From positions 821 through 64,820 of the forward strand of contig JAKSSD010000006.1 in the NCBI GenBank assembly GCA_024403275.1: a DNA stretch of 64,000 nucleotides. The letters run 5' to 3'. This DNA comes from Lachnospiraceae bacterium (lineage in GTDB: Bacteria; Bacillota; Clostridia; Lachnospirales; Lachnospiraceae). The position numbers and the translations under genes were made by a program. Each line of letters starts with the position of its first letter. The stretch's first letter is position 1. Shown here in pieces: positions 29,454 to 39,597 of this stretch. The notes below the pieces were generated by a model. The model searched no databases. It saw only the letters and a list, made by a program, of their open reading frames with translations, and was not told the DNA's origin.

Positions 29454-30737
29454 ATGAATAACTACGCGTCAATGTCAAAAGAAGAATTAAAAACATTAAA
29501 GGATTCTTTACAGAAAGAGTATGATTCTTTTAAAGCAAAGAATCTTAAGTTAAACATGGCAAGAGGATTACCTAGTAACGAACAGTTAGATATGGAAGCT
29601 GATTTCTTCAATACTTTATATCCAGATTCAGAATTTAAGTCTGAACTTGGTATCGATTGTAGAAACTACGGACAGCTTGATGGTATTAGCGAAGCTAGAC
29701 AGCTTATGGGAGATATGATGGAAATCCCAGCTGAGAATGTAATAGTTTTTGGTAATTCAAGTCTTAATATTATGTATGACACAGTATGTCGTTCAATGAT
29801 ACTTGGCGTTTGTGGTTCTACACCATGGTGTAAACTTGATAAAATTAAGTTCTTATGTCCTGTTCCTGGATATGATAGACATTTTGCTATTACAGAACAG
29901 TTTGGTATTGAAATGATTAACATTCCTCTTAATGAAGATGGTCCGGATATGGATATGGTGGAGGAATATGTTAATAATGATCCAACAGTTAAGGGTATTT
30001 GGTGTGTTCCTAAATATTCAAATCCATCAGGTATTTCATATTCAGATGAGGTTGTTACTAGATTTGCTAAATTAAAGCCAGCTGCTGAAGATTTTAGAAT
30101 TTTCTGGGATAATGCTTATACAATTCATCATTTATATGATGATAAACAGGATGAATTACTTGAGATTTTTGCTGAATGTCAAAAATATGGCAATGAAGAT
30201 ATGGTATATAAGTTCTGTTCAACATCAAAGGTTTCTTTCCCAGGTAGTGGTATAGCTGCATTTGGTGCATCAAAGAAGAATATTGATTTCGTTAAGAGTA
30301 TTATTACAATTCAGACAATTGGTCATGATAAGCTTAATCAGTTAAGACATGTAAGATATTTCAAAGATATTAATGGTATGAAGGAACATATGAAAAAGCA
30401 TGCTAATATCTTAAGACCTAAATTTGAACTTGTATTGAATAAACTTGATTCTGAGCTTTCTGGACTTGAAATTGGTACATGGACAAGACCTTATGGAGGA
30501 TATTTCATTTCATTCAATGCAATGGAAGGCTGTGCTAAGAAGATAGTAGCATATTGTAAGGACGCTGGTGTTACACTAACAGGTGCTGGTGCTACTTATC
30601 CTTATAAGAATGATCCAATGGATTCAAATATTAGAATTGCTCCTACATTTCCACCAATAGATGAGTTAGCTCAGGCTATTGATATATTTGTACTTGCAGT
30701 AAAACTTGTTAGTGTTAATAAGCTTTTAGGTGAATAA
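29454..30737 (+). CDS. PLP-dependent aminotransferase, class I/II fold
   Basis: 427 aa, with a CSTSKVSFPGSGIAAF segment containing a candidate PLP lysine and an overall fold-type I pattern. The specific substrate cannot be called. Confidence 0.75.
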   Translation: MNNYASMSKEELKTLKDSLQKEYDSFKAKNLKLNMARGLPSNEQLDMEADFFNTLYPDSEFKSELGIDCRNYGQLDGISEARQLMGDMMEIPAENVIVFGNSSLNIMYDTVCRSMILGVCGSTPWCKLDKIKFLCPVPGYDRHFAITEQFGIEMINIPLNEDGPDMDMVEEYVNNDPTVKGIWCVPKYSNPSGISYSDEVVTRFAKLKPAAEDFRIFWDNAYTIHHLYDDKQDELLEIFAECQKYGNEDMVYKFCSTSKVSFPGSGIAAFGASKKNIDFVKSIITIQTIGHDKLNQLRHVRYFKDINGMKEHMKKHANILRPKFELVLNKLDSELSGLEIGTWTRPYGGYFISFNAMEGCAKKIVAYCKDAGVTLTGAGATYPYKNDPMDSNIRIAPTFPPIDELAQAIDIFVLAVKLVSVNKLLGE

Positions 30738-30740
30738 TTA

Positions 30741-31280
30741 ATGGAAAAATTCGAAAGACTATCAAGAGAATTAAAGTTTAAAGGTTCTATTATAGATTTC
30801 TATCAGGATCAGATACAGATACCTAATGGGAATGTAGCCACATGGGATTTTATTGAGCATAAAGGAGCTGCAGGAGTTGTTCCAGTGCTTCCTGATGGAA
30901 GAATTGTTATGGTTAAACAGTATAGAAATGCTTTAAATAGATTTACTCTTGAGATTCCCGCTGGTGGAAGAGAGTCTGTAAATGAAGATTTTTATGATTG
31001 TGCTTATAGGGAACTCACTGAGGAGACAGGCTTTACCTGTGAGAGGCTTGAAAAACTTATAGAGATTAATACTACTGTAGCATTTTGCAATGAGATGATT
31101 CATGTATTTGTTGCACATGTTGATGCTAATCAGGGCTTGCAGCATTTGGACGAAGATGAGTATGTAAATGTAGAACTTGTTGAGCTTGATGATTTGCTTA
31201 AGATGATATATGATTGCAAAATTACAGATGGTAAGACAATTGCTTCTATTATGGCCTATAAGAATTTGATTAATAAATAA
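30741..31280 (+). CDS. NUDIX hydrolase (ADP-ribose pyrophosphatase-like)
   Basis: Complete Nudix box GGRESVNEDFYDCAYRELTEETGF (GX5EX7REUXEEXGU). Confidence 0.85.
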   Translation: MEKFERLSRELKFKGSIIDFYQDQIQIPNGNVATWDFIEHKGAAGVVPVLPDGRIVMVKQYRNALNRFTLEIPAGGRESVNEDFYDCAYRELTEETGFTCERLEKLIEINTTVAFCNEMIHVFVAHVDANQGLQHLDEDEYVNVELVELDDLLKMIYDCKITDGKTIASIMAYKNLINK

Positions 31281-31307
31281 TGACCTGTACGGTCAAAGAG
31301 ATATTAA

Positions 31308-31350
31308 TTGACATAAGTGTATTTTCAAATACATTTATGTCAATTTTTTT
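31308..31350 (+). terminator. rho-independent terminator after the nudix gene
   Basis: 17-bp arms TTGACATAAGTGTATTT / AAATACATTTATGTCAA (one G-U pair) followed by TTTTTTT. Confidence 0.8.
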
Positions 31351-31485
31351 AATTTACATAATGAAGTGAATAATATATTATGTCTACATTTTGTGCTGAA
31401 TATTTGTTCGTCCCCATATATAGACAGTGTATAAAAAAATGCCGAAAAATAGGCAATTTTTACTCTATTTATTTAATTAATTTAA

Positions 31486-31514
31486 TTGATTTTTATATTA
31501 AGGTTTCGTATAAT
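31486..31514 (+). promoter_or_regulatory. xerD promoter, TTGATT-17-TATAAT
   Basis: TTGATT at 31486-31491, TATAAT at 31509-31514. Confidence 0.55.
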
Positions 31515-31576
31515 AACTATTGCAGTCAATGATTTACATAAATTGATTACGTATTATAATGTTTGGTAGGTTGTCA

Positions 31577-32461
31577 ATGGAAGAGCAGATTCTACTCTTT
31601 ATCGAGTATATTCATAATAATAAAAAAACATCAAATAATACTGAGATGTCATATAAGAGAGATTTGCTCAAAGCGGTTGATTATCTTAAGAGCAAAGGTG
31701 TAAAAGCCTGGGATAAAGTAACTTATGAAATGTTACAGGATTATATTCAGACTATGTTTGATAATAATTTTGCGAATTCATCTATTTCAAGAAGTATTGC
31801 TTCACTTAAGGCTTTATTTGGTTTCTTAACATTAACAAATGTTATTAGTGAAGATGTATCTAAGAATTTAAAGGCTCCAAAGATTGAAAAGAAAATGCCA
31901 AGCATTTTATCTAAGAATGAAGTTAGCCTACTTTTGTCTCAGCCTACAGGAAAGAATCCTAAGCAGGTTCGTGATAAGGCTATGCTTGAATTGCTTTATG
32001 CTACAGGTATTAGGGTAAGTGAGCTCATTTCACTTAAGGTTTCTGATATTAATCTTAATATGGATTTTATTAAGATTACAGATTCTAAGAAAGAAAGACT
32101 TATTCCATTTGGTACAAAGGCTCATAATGCTTTATCAGAATATATTTTAAATTCAAGAGATATTCTTCTTGAGAATAATCAATCCTCTTATTTTTTTGTC
32201 AATTGTTCAGGATCACAGATGAGCAGACAGGGATTTTGGAAGTTGATTAAGTCTTATACAAAGATGGCTGGTATTGAAGCGGATATTACTCCTCATACCT
32301 TACGCCATTCATTTGCTGCGCATTTAGTAGAAAATGGTGCAGAACTTAAGGCTGTTCAGGAAATGTTAGGACATTCAGATATTTCTACAACCCAGATTTA
32401 TTTGAATAATTCACAAAATCATTTGAGAGAAGTTTATAATAAGGCTCATCCAAGAAGCTAA
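31577..32461 (+). CDS. xerD: site-specific tyrosine recombinase XerD
   Basis: N-terminal SAM-like domain (LFIEYIHNNKKTSNNTEMSYKRDL). Catalytic residues fit the pattern ATGIRVSEL (R), HTLRHSFA (H-x-x-R), LGHSDISTTQIY (H..Y). ATG 31577 has GGTAGG upstream. Confidence 0.88.
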   Translation: MEEQILLFIEYIHNNKKTSNNTEMSYKRDLLKAVDYLKSKGVKAWDKVTYEMLQDYIQTMFDNNFANSSISRSIASLKALFGFLTLTNVISEDVSKNLKAPKIEKKMPSILSKNEVSLLLSQPTGKNPKQVRDKAMLELLYATGIRVSELISLKVSDINLNMDFIKITDSKKERLIPFGTKAHNALSEYILNSRDILLENNQSSYFFVNCSGSQMSRQGFWKLIKSYTKMAGIEADITPHTLRHSFAAHLVENGAELKAVQEMLGHSDISTTQIYLNNSQNHLREVYNKAHPRS

Positions 32462-32484
32462 TTAATTTATGGTTGGTAGTCGTC

Positions 32485-33840
32485 ATGAAAAAAATTATTG
32501 GGGTTTGTTTGACGGAGACACGTTCCGAATATTCAAGAGAATTTATTAAATTCATATATAAACATAGTAAAATTAATGATGTAAAAGTCATTATTTATAA
32601 TTCAATTTGCAATTTTTCCGCGGATAATTTACGTGGGGCAAGAGCAGTCTATTATAATATTCCATATGAAAAATTAGATGCAATAGTTATAGTTCACGAA
32701 TGTTTCGCGGACTCTTCTTTGGTTGATAAGATTTTAAGATATGCTAAAGCGGCTAATACACCAGTTATTATGGCTGGTAAATATGATCCTCGTTGTTATT
32801 CAATCGTTGGTGATTACGAGGATGTTTATACTGATATGCTAAAAAAGATTATAAAGGATAGAAATGTATCTGAAAGTCTTTATATTGCTGGTCGTAATGA
32901 ACCAGAAATTGATTTTGGTTCAAAAATTAGAATTCAATGCTATAAAAATGCTTTGGAAGAATGTGGATATGAATTTAAAGTAAAAAATGTCTATTTTTGT
33001 GGATATGATGAAGCAAAGGTACATCATCTAATTGATAAGATGATTAAAAATAATCAGGATATTCCGAGGGCTATCTTTTGTGCAAATGATCGAATGGCAC
33101 AGACAGTAATGGATGTATTGAAGGAGCATGATTATAAAATACCTCAGGATTTTATTGTAGCGGGCTTTGATGGAATGGAATGCTTTAAATGCTCTGCTCC
33201 TAATTTATCTACCTGTCAGAATTCTTTGGATGATTTATGTTTAAAGATTTTTGATGCCTTTAATGAGCTTAAAGGAGAGGGCACATTAGATAATACATTT
33301 TATTATAACTATAATGCTATATTTTCTGAATCTTGCGGGTATTCTAAACCATCTGATTTGAATAATGATATTATGGTAAATGATTTGTATTCAACAATTA
33401 AGAGTATGGATATACAGATGCTAGAATCTAGCAGATGGTCAGGATTTATGCTTTACAAGGCCTCTCTTAATAAGTTTTATAGTCAGATTGATACATATTT
33501 GAAAGCAAATTTTCAGGTTGCCTTGACTCCTCTTGAAGTGGCAAAGGTTATAAATAAAAAATACCATGCCTTAGAGGATAGCATGGTATTATATTCTATA
33601 GATTCTGAAACAGGAATGCCAAAAACTGAGAATTATATTACAAAACAGATAGTTCCTAACTTAGAAGAGTGGATGGTAGATGACACAATGTATTTTGTAA
33701 CTTCTCTTATGGTTGATGGCATTTGTTATGGTCTTATATACGAAAAAGGTTCAGGAAATGTTTCATCTACAGGTTATAGCGTAAATGACCATGCAGGAAC
33801 CTTAATTAAGGTATTAACAGCCAGTGCTAATGAAGATTAA
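32485..33840 (+). CDS. LacI-type periplasmic-binding-fold (sugar-sensor-like) domain protein without HTH, plus an unknown C-terminal domain
   Basis: Residues about 1-270 resemble the LacI/PurR ligand-binding core (IFCANDRMAQTVMDVLKEHDYKIPQDFIVAGFDG), but no N-terminal helix-turn-helix is present. The C-terminal 170 aa are unassigned. Confidence 0.6.
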   Translation: MKKIIGVCLTETRSEYSREFIKFIYKHSKINDVKVIIYNSICNFSADNLRGARAVYYNIPYEKLDAIVIVHECFADSSLVDKILRYAKAANTPVIMAGKYDPRCYSIVGDYEDVYTDMLKKIIKDRNVSESLYIAGRNEPEIDFGSKIRIQCYKNALEECGYEFKVKNVYFCGYDEAKVHHLIDKMIKNNQDIPRAIFCANDRMAQTVMDVLKEHDYKIPQDFIVAGFDGMECFKCSAPNLSTCQNSLDDLCLKIFDAFNELKGEGTLDNTFYYNYNAIFSESCGYSKPSDLNNDIMVNDLYSTIKSMDIQMLESSRWSGFMLYKASLNKFYSQIDTYLKANFQVALTPLEVAKVINKKYHALEDSMVLYSIDSETGMPKTENYITKQIVPNLEEWMVDDTMYFVTSLMVDGICYGLIYEKGSGNVSSTGYSVNDHAGTLIKVLTASANED

Positions 33841-34651
33841 TGAAAGCAGGTTTTCTTTTATCGAACACAGTTAGATATTTGAAACCTGCTTCTTTTAAAA
33901 GCTCATAGGCTTCGCTAGAGTGACTTGCAATACTAAGCGTATCGTGAGCGTCACTTCCGAAAGTGATGATTTCTCCACCCATTTCTTTGTATAATTTGAT
34001 ATATTCAAAAGATGGATTGAAAACTTTATTTTTCTTTCGCATTCCACCTGAATTGATTTCGATTCCTTTTCCATTATTAATAAGAATTTTAAAGATTTCC
34101 TCAATAATATCTCTGTAATTAGATAATGAAAGGTCTTCATTAGTAGCTTCTACATATCTTAAACAGTAATCGATATGCCCATAAACATCGAAATTATTGA
34201 AATTTTGAACGTTTGTAAGAATTTCTTTAAAATAAATTCTTGCTCCTTCGACAGGAGTGCGATTTAACCAAAAATCCGGATAATATGGATCAAGTTTATT
34301 AACAACGTGTGATGAACATATAATGAAATCAAATTCGTTACTATTAGTTATTTCCTTACATTTATCATATATTCCAGGATATACGCCAAGTTCCATACCG
34401 AATAAAACCTTAATTTTAGACTGAATTGAATCGTTGGATTTTATTGATTTAGCATATTCTAAATATTTAGGTAAATCCAAGTCAAACATCCCTTCTTCAC
34501 CAGTTTTGTAGCAAGGAAAGAGTGGATCAAAATGCTCTGTGAAACATATTGTATTAAGCCCTTTATCAATGGAGGAATTAATCATATCCATTGTCGGAGC
34601 ATCAGAATCACCTGAAAAATATGAATGCATATGGAAATCGCTTTTAATCAT
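33827..34651 (-). CDS. PHP-family histidinol-phosphatase (HisJ/HisK type)
   Basis: MIKSDFHMHSYFSGDS N-terminus, internal ...EH... and C-terminal FGSDAH metal-ligand motifs. GAGG Shine-Dalgarno on the minus strand. 14-bp convergent overlap with the preceding gene. Confidence 0.85.
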   Translation of the reverse strand: MIKSDFHMHSYFSGDSDAPTMDMINSSIDKGLNTICFTEHFDPLFPCYKTGEEGMFDLDLPKYLEYAKSIKSNDSIQSKIKVLFGMELGVYPGIYDKCKEITNSNEFDFIICSSHVVNKLDPYYPDFWLNRTPVEGARIYFKEILTNVQNFNNFDVYGHIDYCLRYVEATNEDLSLSNYRDIIEEIFKILINNGKGIEINSGGMRKKNKVFNPSFEYIKLYKEMGGEIITFGSDAHDTLSIASHSSEAYELLKEAGFKYLTVFDKRKPAFINLH

Positions 34652-34782
34652 AATTTAACCTCGTTAATGTTATATTTATGTATTTTAGCATTATGATGGT
34701 TTTAAATCTATATTTATTGATTTTTTTGTATTTTGAAGTTATTATTTATTAGTTGAATTAAATTAAAAAGGAGAGTTTATAA

Positions 34783-36246
34783 ATGGATAAATTAAGAACC
34801 AGATTTGCTCCTTCTCCAACAGGAAGAATGCATGTAGGTAATCTTAGAACAGCTTTATATGCATATCTTATTACAAAGCATGAAAATGGTGATTTTATTC
34901 TTAGAATAGAAGATACTGACCAGGAAAGATATGTTGAAGGCGCAGTAGATATTATCTATCGTACTATGGAGAAGACAGGTCTTATACATGATGAAGGTCC
35001 TGATAAGGATAAAGGTTACGGCCCTTATGTTCAGTCAGACAGACAAAAGAGCGGTATTTACCTTGAATATGCCAAGAAGCTTATTGAAAAAGGTGAAGCA
35101 TATTATTGTTTCTGCGATAAAGAAAGACTGGCAACTCTTAACAGAGTAGAAGGCGGTAAAGAAATCAATGTTTATGACAAGCATTGTCTTTCTCTTTCAA
35201 AGGAAGAGGTTGAAGCTAATCTTGCTAAGGGCATGCCTTATGTAATTAGACAGAATAATCCTAATACAGGTACTACAACATTCCATGATGAGATTTACGG
35301 CGATATTACTGTAGATAATTCTGAGCTTGATGATATGATTCTTATTAAGTCAGATGGATTCCCTACATATAATTTTGCAAATGTTGTTGACGACCATCTT
35401 ATGAAGATTACTCATGTTGTAAGAGGTAATGAATATCTTTCTTCATCACCTAAATATAATAGATTATATGAAGCATTTGGCTGGGAGGTTCCAGTTTATG
35501 TTCATTGTCCACTTATTACAGATGAGAATCATACTAAATTATCTAAGAGATGCGGACATTCTTCATATGAAGACCTTATAGATCAGGGATTTTTAACTGA
35601 AGCTGTAGTTAATTTCGTAGCATTATTAGGTTGGAGCCCTGAAAACAACCAGGAAATTATGTCCCTTGATGAGCTTATTGCTAATTTTGATTATAGACAT
35701 ATGTCAAAATCACCAGCTGTATTTGACTATACAAAGCTTAAGTGGATGAATGGTGAATACTTAAAGGCAATGGATGAAGATAAGTTCTATGAAATGGCTC
35801 TTCCTTACCTTAAAGAAGTTATTACTAAGGATTATGATCTTAAGAAGATTTCTAATATGGTAAAGACTAGAATTGAGATTTTCCCAGATATTAAGGATCA
35901 TATTGATTTCTTTGAGAGTGTACCAGAATACTCAATTGAAATGTATACACATAAGAAGATGAAGACAGATGCACAGATTTCTCTTACTGTATTGAAAGAA
36001 CTTCTTCCAGTACTTAAGGATTTTGACGCTGCTTCATATAATAATGATGCATTATATCAGCTTCTTGTTGATTTTGCTCAAACACATGAATTAAAGAACG
36101 GTACAGTTCTTTGGCCAATCCGTACTGCTTTATCAGGAAAGCAGATGACTCCTTGTGGAGCAACTGAAATTCTTGAAGTATTAGGAAAGGATGAGTCGCT
36201 TGCTAGAATTGAAGCGGCTATAGCTAAATTAGAGAGTGAGTCTTGA
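34783..36246 (+). CDS. gltX: glutamate--tRNA ligase
   Basis: [22 protein letters not shown] (HIGH-type) and KLSKR (KMSKS-type) motifs. AAGGAGAG Shine-Dalgarno. Confidence 0.95.
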   Translation: MDKLRTRFAPSPTGRMHVGNLRTALYAYLITKHENGDFILRIEDTDQERYVEGAVDIIYRTMEKTGLIHDEGPDKDKGYGPYVQSDRQKSGIYLEYAKKLIEKGEAYYCFCDKERLATLNRVEGGKEINVYDKHCLSLSKEEVEANLAKGMPYVIRQNNPNTGTTTFHDEIYGDITVDNSELDDMILIKSDGFPTYNFANVVDDHLMKITHVVRGNEYLSSSPKYNRLYEAFGWEVPVYVHCPLITDENHTKLSKRCGHSSYEDLIDQGFLTEAVVNFVALLGWSPENNQEIMSLDELIANFDYRHMSKSPAVFDYTKLKWMNGEYLKAMDEDKFYEMALPYLKEVITKDYDLKKISNMVKTRIEIFPDIKDHIDFFESVPEYSIEMYTHKKMKTDAQISLTVLKELLPVLKDFDAASYNNDALYQLLVDFAQTHELKNGTVLWPIRTALSGKQMTPCGATEILEVLGKDESLARIEAAIAKLESES

Positions 36247-38008
36247 TCAGAATCAGATTAAGGCTGTGGAGTTTGATAAAGGACCTGCACTAATAATTGC
36301 AGGTCCTGGCTCCGGTAAAACTACAGTATTAACAAAGAGAGTAGCTTATCTTATTGAGCAAAGGAATGTGTCTCCCCACAGGATTCTTGTTATTACATTT
36401 ACCAAATCAGCAGCCCTTCAGATGAAGGAACGTTTTTTAAAAATAACAAATGGCTTTTATCCAGTGACTTTTTGTACCTTTCATTCGTTATTCTATTCGA
36501 TAATCAGAGAGTCGGTTAATAATCGTTATTCAATTATTTCCCCAGAAGAAAAATTAAATATTATCAAAGAAAGTCTTTTATATAATGGCATAGATATTGA
36601 TTTGGTTAATATTCAGGCTTTGGCTGATGAATTTTCTAAGATTAATAATAGTCATGTTAATTTGCATGAATTTATATCTTTATGCCTTCCAAAAGAAGAC
36701 TTTATTAAGGTTTATGTATCCTATATAAAAGAAAAAAATAGTCTTATGAAAATAGATTATGATGATTTTGCATATCTGGCTTTAGATATTTTAAAGGATA
36801 GAAATACCTTAAATAGATGGAAAAATATGTATGATTATCTATTGATTGATGAATTTCAGGATATTAATTCGATTCAGTATGAATTGATTAAGACTATTTT
36901 TAATGAAAATATTTATGCAGTTGGAGATGAGGATCAATCTATATATGGCTTTAGGGGTTCGTCGCCAGAAATATGTTTTAGATTTGTAGATGAATTTAAT
37001 GCGAAAAAGTTTTATCTGACCAATAATTATAGATCTTTTAGTGAAATTGTATCTATTGCATCTATGCTAATAAAGAATAATAAAAACCGCTTTGATAAGG
37101 ATTTTAATGCGAATAAATTTGATAATAAAGAACATGTTTTTATAAGTAAATTTAATAATTATGAAAATATGTATAAGGAAATGGCACAAAAAATAAAAGA
37201 AAGTCTTAATAATAAAGAGTCGACAGTTATTCTTGCAAGAACTAATTCGATTACTCCTATATTTTTAAAAGAATTGGATAAATGTGGAATTGATATAGAT
37301 AGAGATAATTGCAAGTGTACTGTAAATAAAGAGATTCTAAAAGATATTTGTACATATATGAAAATGGCTTTTGGTGAGCTTAATATTAGCAATTTATTAA
37401 GAATTTATAATAAACCTAACAGGTATATATCCAGAGCTTTTATTAATGATTTAAACATAATTGCCAATGAAGAATTTACCTTTACAAATGCATTAAAGGC
37501 AGCGAAAGGTAAAAATTACATTGTTAAGGCCTTGTTTGTTCTTGAAAAGAATTTAAGTCAGATTAAAGCTATGGATTCCTATCAGGCTCTTATTTTCATA
37601 TTAAAGGTTATTGGATATGAGGATTATTTAAAGAAAACGAAAAAACAATATGATGAGGATATTAAAATAATTAAAGAATATGCCAGAGAATTTAAAGATA
37701 TTAAAGATTTTATAGAAAATGTTGAACTAATAGATGGAATTGAAATAAAAGCAAGCAAGAAGAGATTAATGGTTGAGTATACAACTATGCACTCGTCTAA
37801 AGGCTTAGAGTGGGATAATGTATTTATAGCAGATTTGCAGGAGGGCATTATTCCTCATAAAAGATGTTCAACAATACATGAATTGGAAGAAGAAAGAAGG
37901 CTTTTATATGTAGCAATGACCAGGGCTAGAAAAAGATTGTGGCTAGGGTTTGTTGAAAATGAAAAGGCAGGGATTTTACCATCAATATTTATTGAGGAAA
38001 TATCTTAA
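36236..38008 (+). CDS. compact UvrD/PcrA-family (SF1) DNA helicase
   Basis: AGPGSGKTT Walker [10 protein letters not shown] motif [16 protein letters not shown] and [11 protein letters not shown] motifs. Only 590 aa. The GTG start overlaps the gltX end by 11 nt. Confidence 0.85.
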   Translation: MSLDQNQIKAVEFDKGPALIIAGPGSGKTTVLTKRVAYLIEQRNVSPHRILVITFTKSAALQMKERFLKITNGFYPVTFCTFHSLFYSIIRESVNNRYSIISPEEKLNIIKESLLYNGIDIDLVNIQALADEFSKINNSHVNLHEFISLCLPKEDFIKVYVSYIKEKNSLMKIDYDDFAYLALDILKDRNTLNRWKNMYDYLLIDEFQDINSIQYELIKTIFNENIYAVGDEDQSIYGFRGSSPEICFRFVDEFNAKKFYLTNNYRSFSEIVSIASMLIKNNKNRFDKDFNANKFDNKEHVFISKFNNYENMYKEMAQKIKESLNNKESTVILARTNSITPIFLKELDKCGIDIDRDNCKCTVNKEILKDICTYMKMAFGELNISNLLRIYNKPNRYISRAFINDLNIIANEEFTFTNALKAAKGKNYIVKALFVLEKNLSQIKAMDSYQALIFILKVIGYEDYLKKTKKQYDEDIKIIKEYAREFKDIKDFIENVELIDGIEIKASKKRLMVEYTTMHSSKGLEWDNVFIADLQEGIIPHKRCSTIHELEEERRLLYVAMTRARKRLWLGFVENEKAGILPSIFIEEIS

Positions 38009-38025
38009 AAATAAGTCTATATTTA

Positions 38026-38054
38026 TTGAAAGCTAAAAATAAGGGATGTATAAT
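38026..38054 (+). promoter_or_regulatory. pta promoter, TTGAAA-17-TATAAT
   Basis: TTGAAA at 38026-38031, 17-nt spacer, TATAAT at 38049-38054. Confidence 0.65.
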
Positions 38055-38097
38055 ACTATGGTTGAAATAAAAATATTTTAAAAGGAGATAATAAAAA

Positions 38098-39099
38098 ATG
38101 GCATTTGTAGACAGAATTAAAGAGAGAGCTAAAACAATGTGTAAGACAATTCTTCTTCCAGAGACAATGGACGACAGAACTTATTACGCAGCAGAGGGTG
38201 CAATCAAGGAAGGTCTTGCTAATATCGTATTAATCGGTAGTCAGGCTGAAATTGATGAGCATGTAAAAGCTACAGGAGTAGATATTTCTAAGGCTACAAT
38301 CGTAGATCCTGCAACATATGAGAAGTTTAACGACTATGCTAATCTTTTATATGAGACACGTAAAGCTAAAGGTATGACAGAAGAGCAGGCTAAAGAGATT
38401 CTTTTAAAGGATACAATTACATTCGGTATTGTAATGCTTAAGGCTGGCGATGCTGATGGTCTTGTTGCTGGTGCTTGTCACTCAACAGCTGATACACTTC
38501 GTCCATCACTTCAGATTCTTAAAACTAAAGCAGGCAGCAAGCTTGTTTCTGCATTCTTCGTTATGGATGTTCCAAATTGTGAATATGGTGCAAACGGAAC
38601 ATTTATCTTTGCAGACTCTGGTCTTAACCAGGATCCAAATCCAGAAGAGCTCGCAGCTATCGCAGCTTCATCAGCAGAAAGCTTTGAAAGCCTCGTAGGA
38701 GAGAAAGCTATCTGTGCAATGCTTTCACATTCTACAGTTGGTTCAGCAAAGCATGCACTTGTTGACAAGATGGTTGAAGCTACAAGAATCGCTAAAGAGC
38801 AGTATCCAGACATTACAGTTGATGGTGAATTCCAGCTTGATGCAGCTATCGTTCCATCAGTAGCTAAATCAAAAGCTCCTAACTCAGAGGTTGCTGGTAA
38901 GGCTAACGTTCTTATCTTCCCTAACCTTGATGCTGGTAACATTGGTTACAAGCTTACTCAGAGACTTGCTAAGGCAGATGCTTATGGCCCTATCCTTCAG
39001 GGTATTGCTAAGCCAGTTAACGACCTTTCAAGAGGATGTTCATGGCAGGATATCGTTGGTGTTATTGCTATCACAGTATGCCAGGCAGCTAACAACTAA
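38098..39099 (+). CDS. pta: phosphate acetyltransferase
   Basis: 333 aa, with ILLPE...D.R, GLVAGA.HSTADTLRP and DLSRGCS motifs typical of short-form Pta. AAGGAGA Shine-Dalgarno. Confidence 0.93.
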   Translation: MAFVDRIKERAKTMCKTILLPETMDDRTYYAAEGAIKEGLANIVLIGSQAEIDEHVKATGVDISKATIVDPATYEKFNDYANLLYETRKAKGMTEEQAKEILLKDTITFGIVMLKAGDADGLVAGACHSTADTLRPSLQILKTKAGSKLVSAFFVMDVPNCEYGANGTFIFADSGLNQDPNPEELAAIAASSAESFESLVGEKAICAMLSHSTVGSAKHALVDKMVEATRIAKEQYPDITVDGEFQLDAAIVPSVAKSKAPNSEVAGKANVLIFPNLDAGNIGYKLTQRLAKADAYGPILQGIAKPVNDLSRGCSWQDIVGVIAITVCQAANN

Positions 39100-39123
39100 T
39101 TTTTTTGATAGTATATTATTAAA

Positions 39124-39149
39124 GGCGTTCCTTTCGGAGCGCCTTTTTT
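39124..39149 (+). terminator. rho-independent terminator after pta
   Basis: GGCGTTCC / GGAGCGCC stem, TTTC loop, TTTTTT tail. Confidence 0.8.
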
Positions 39150-39198
39150 GATATAAACTCTAGATATAATGAGAGAGTAGAGAAGCTAACATTTGGAC

Positions 39199-39228
39199 AA
39201 AAAAATAGCGGGTAATTAATTACCCGCT
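39199..39228 (-). terminator. rho-independent terminator of rpmF (minus strand)
   Basis: Perfect 22-nt palindrome AGCGGGTAATTAATTACCCGCT (39207-39228). The A-run on the + strand gives a T-tract on the - strand. Confidence 0.8.
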
Positions 39229-39234
39229 AGAACA

Positions 39235-39417
39235 TTAATCTTCAGATTTGATGATTTCTTTCTTATTGTAGCATCCACAAGCTTTGCATACTCTGTGAGG
39301 AACTGTTAAAGCACCGCACTTAGAACACTTAACTAATGTTGTGGCTCCCATCTTCCAATTTGCTCTTCTTTTATCTCTATGGCTTTTGGATGATTTGTTC
39401 TTAGGACAAATAGACAT
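39235..39417 (-). CDS. rpmF: 50S ribosomal protein L32
   Basis: MSICPKNKSSKSHRDKRRANWK...CSKCGALTVPHRVCKACGCY (Cys4 zinc-ribbon form of L32). GGAGGTG Shine-Dalgarno upstream of ATG at 39417. The ORF-track start at 39498 is an artefactual extension. Confidence 0.9.
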   Translation of the reverse strand: MSICPKNKSSKSHRDKRRANWKMGATTLVKCSKCGALTVPHRVCKACGCYNKKEIIKSED

Positions 39418-39466
39418 ATCTTTACACCTCCAATTCCCTAAATCTTTATTAATCCGTACTTTTAAG

Positions 39467-39495
39467 AGTATATAGATAAAAAATAACTTTGTCAA
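39467..39495 (-). promoter_or_regulatory. rpmF promoter (minus strand), TTGACA-17-TATACT
   Basis: The reverse complement reads TTGACA (39495-39490), 17 nt, TATACT (39472-39467). Confidence 0.6.
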
Positions 39496-39520
39496 CAAAA
39501 ACTTTTATATGTGGTTAAAC

Positions 39521-39549
39521 TTGATTTTTGTCTTCGATTTTAGTATATT
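39521..39549 (+). promoter_or_regulatory. putative plsX operon promoter, TTGATT-17-TATATT
   Basis: TTGATT at 39521-39526, TATATT at 39544-39549. Confidence 0.4.
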
Positions 39550-39597
39550 TAAAGTTGTATTTTTATGTAATTTTACATTAAATGTGAGGGATTTACA

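Noticed and set aside
31397-31410. LexA-box-like sequence TGAATATTTGTTCG in the nudix-xerD intergenic region
   Set aside because: It has one mismatch in the GAAC half-site. It lies about 90 bp upstream of the predicted xerD promoter and overlaps no promoter. It is probably a chance match in AT-rich DNA, though it would be worth including in a genome-wide LexA scan.
31380-31532. 50-codon ORF (MSTFCAEYLFVPIYRQC...) in the nudix-xerD intergenic region
   Set aside because: It has no Shine-Dalgarno, runs across the predicted xerD promoter, and has the composition of AT-rich non-coding DNA.
31577-32461. Tyrosine recombinase as the integrase of a mobile element
   Set aside because: The domain pattern and the context after nudF fit housekeeping XerD. 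No flanking direct repeats, tRNA, excisionase or phage genes are present.
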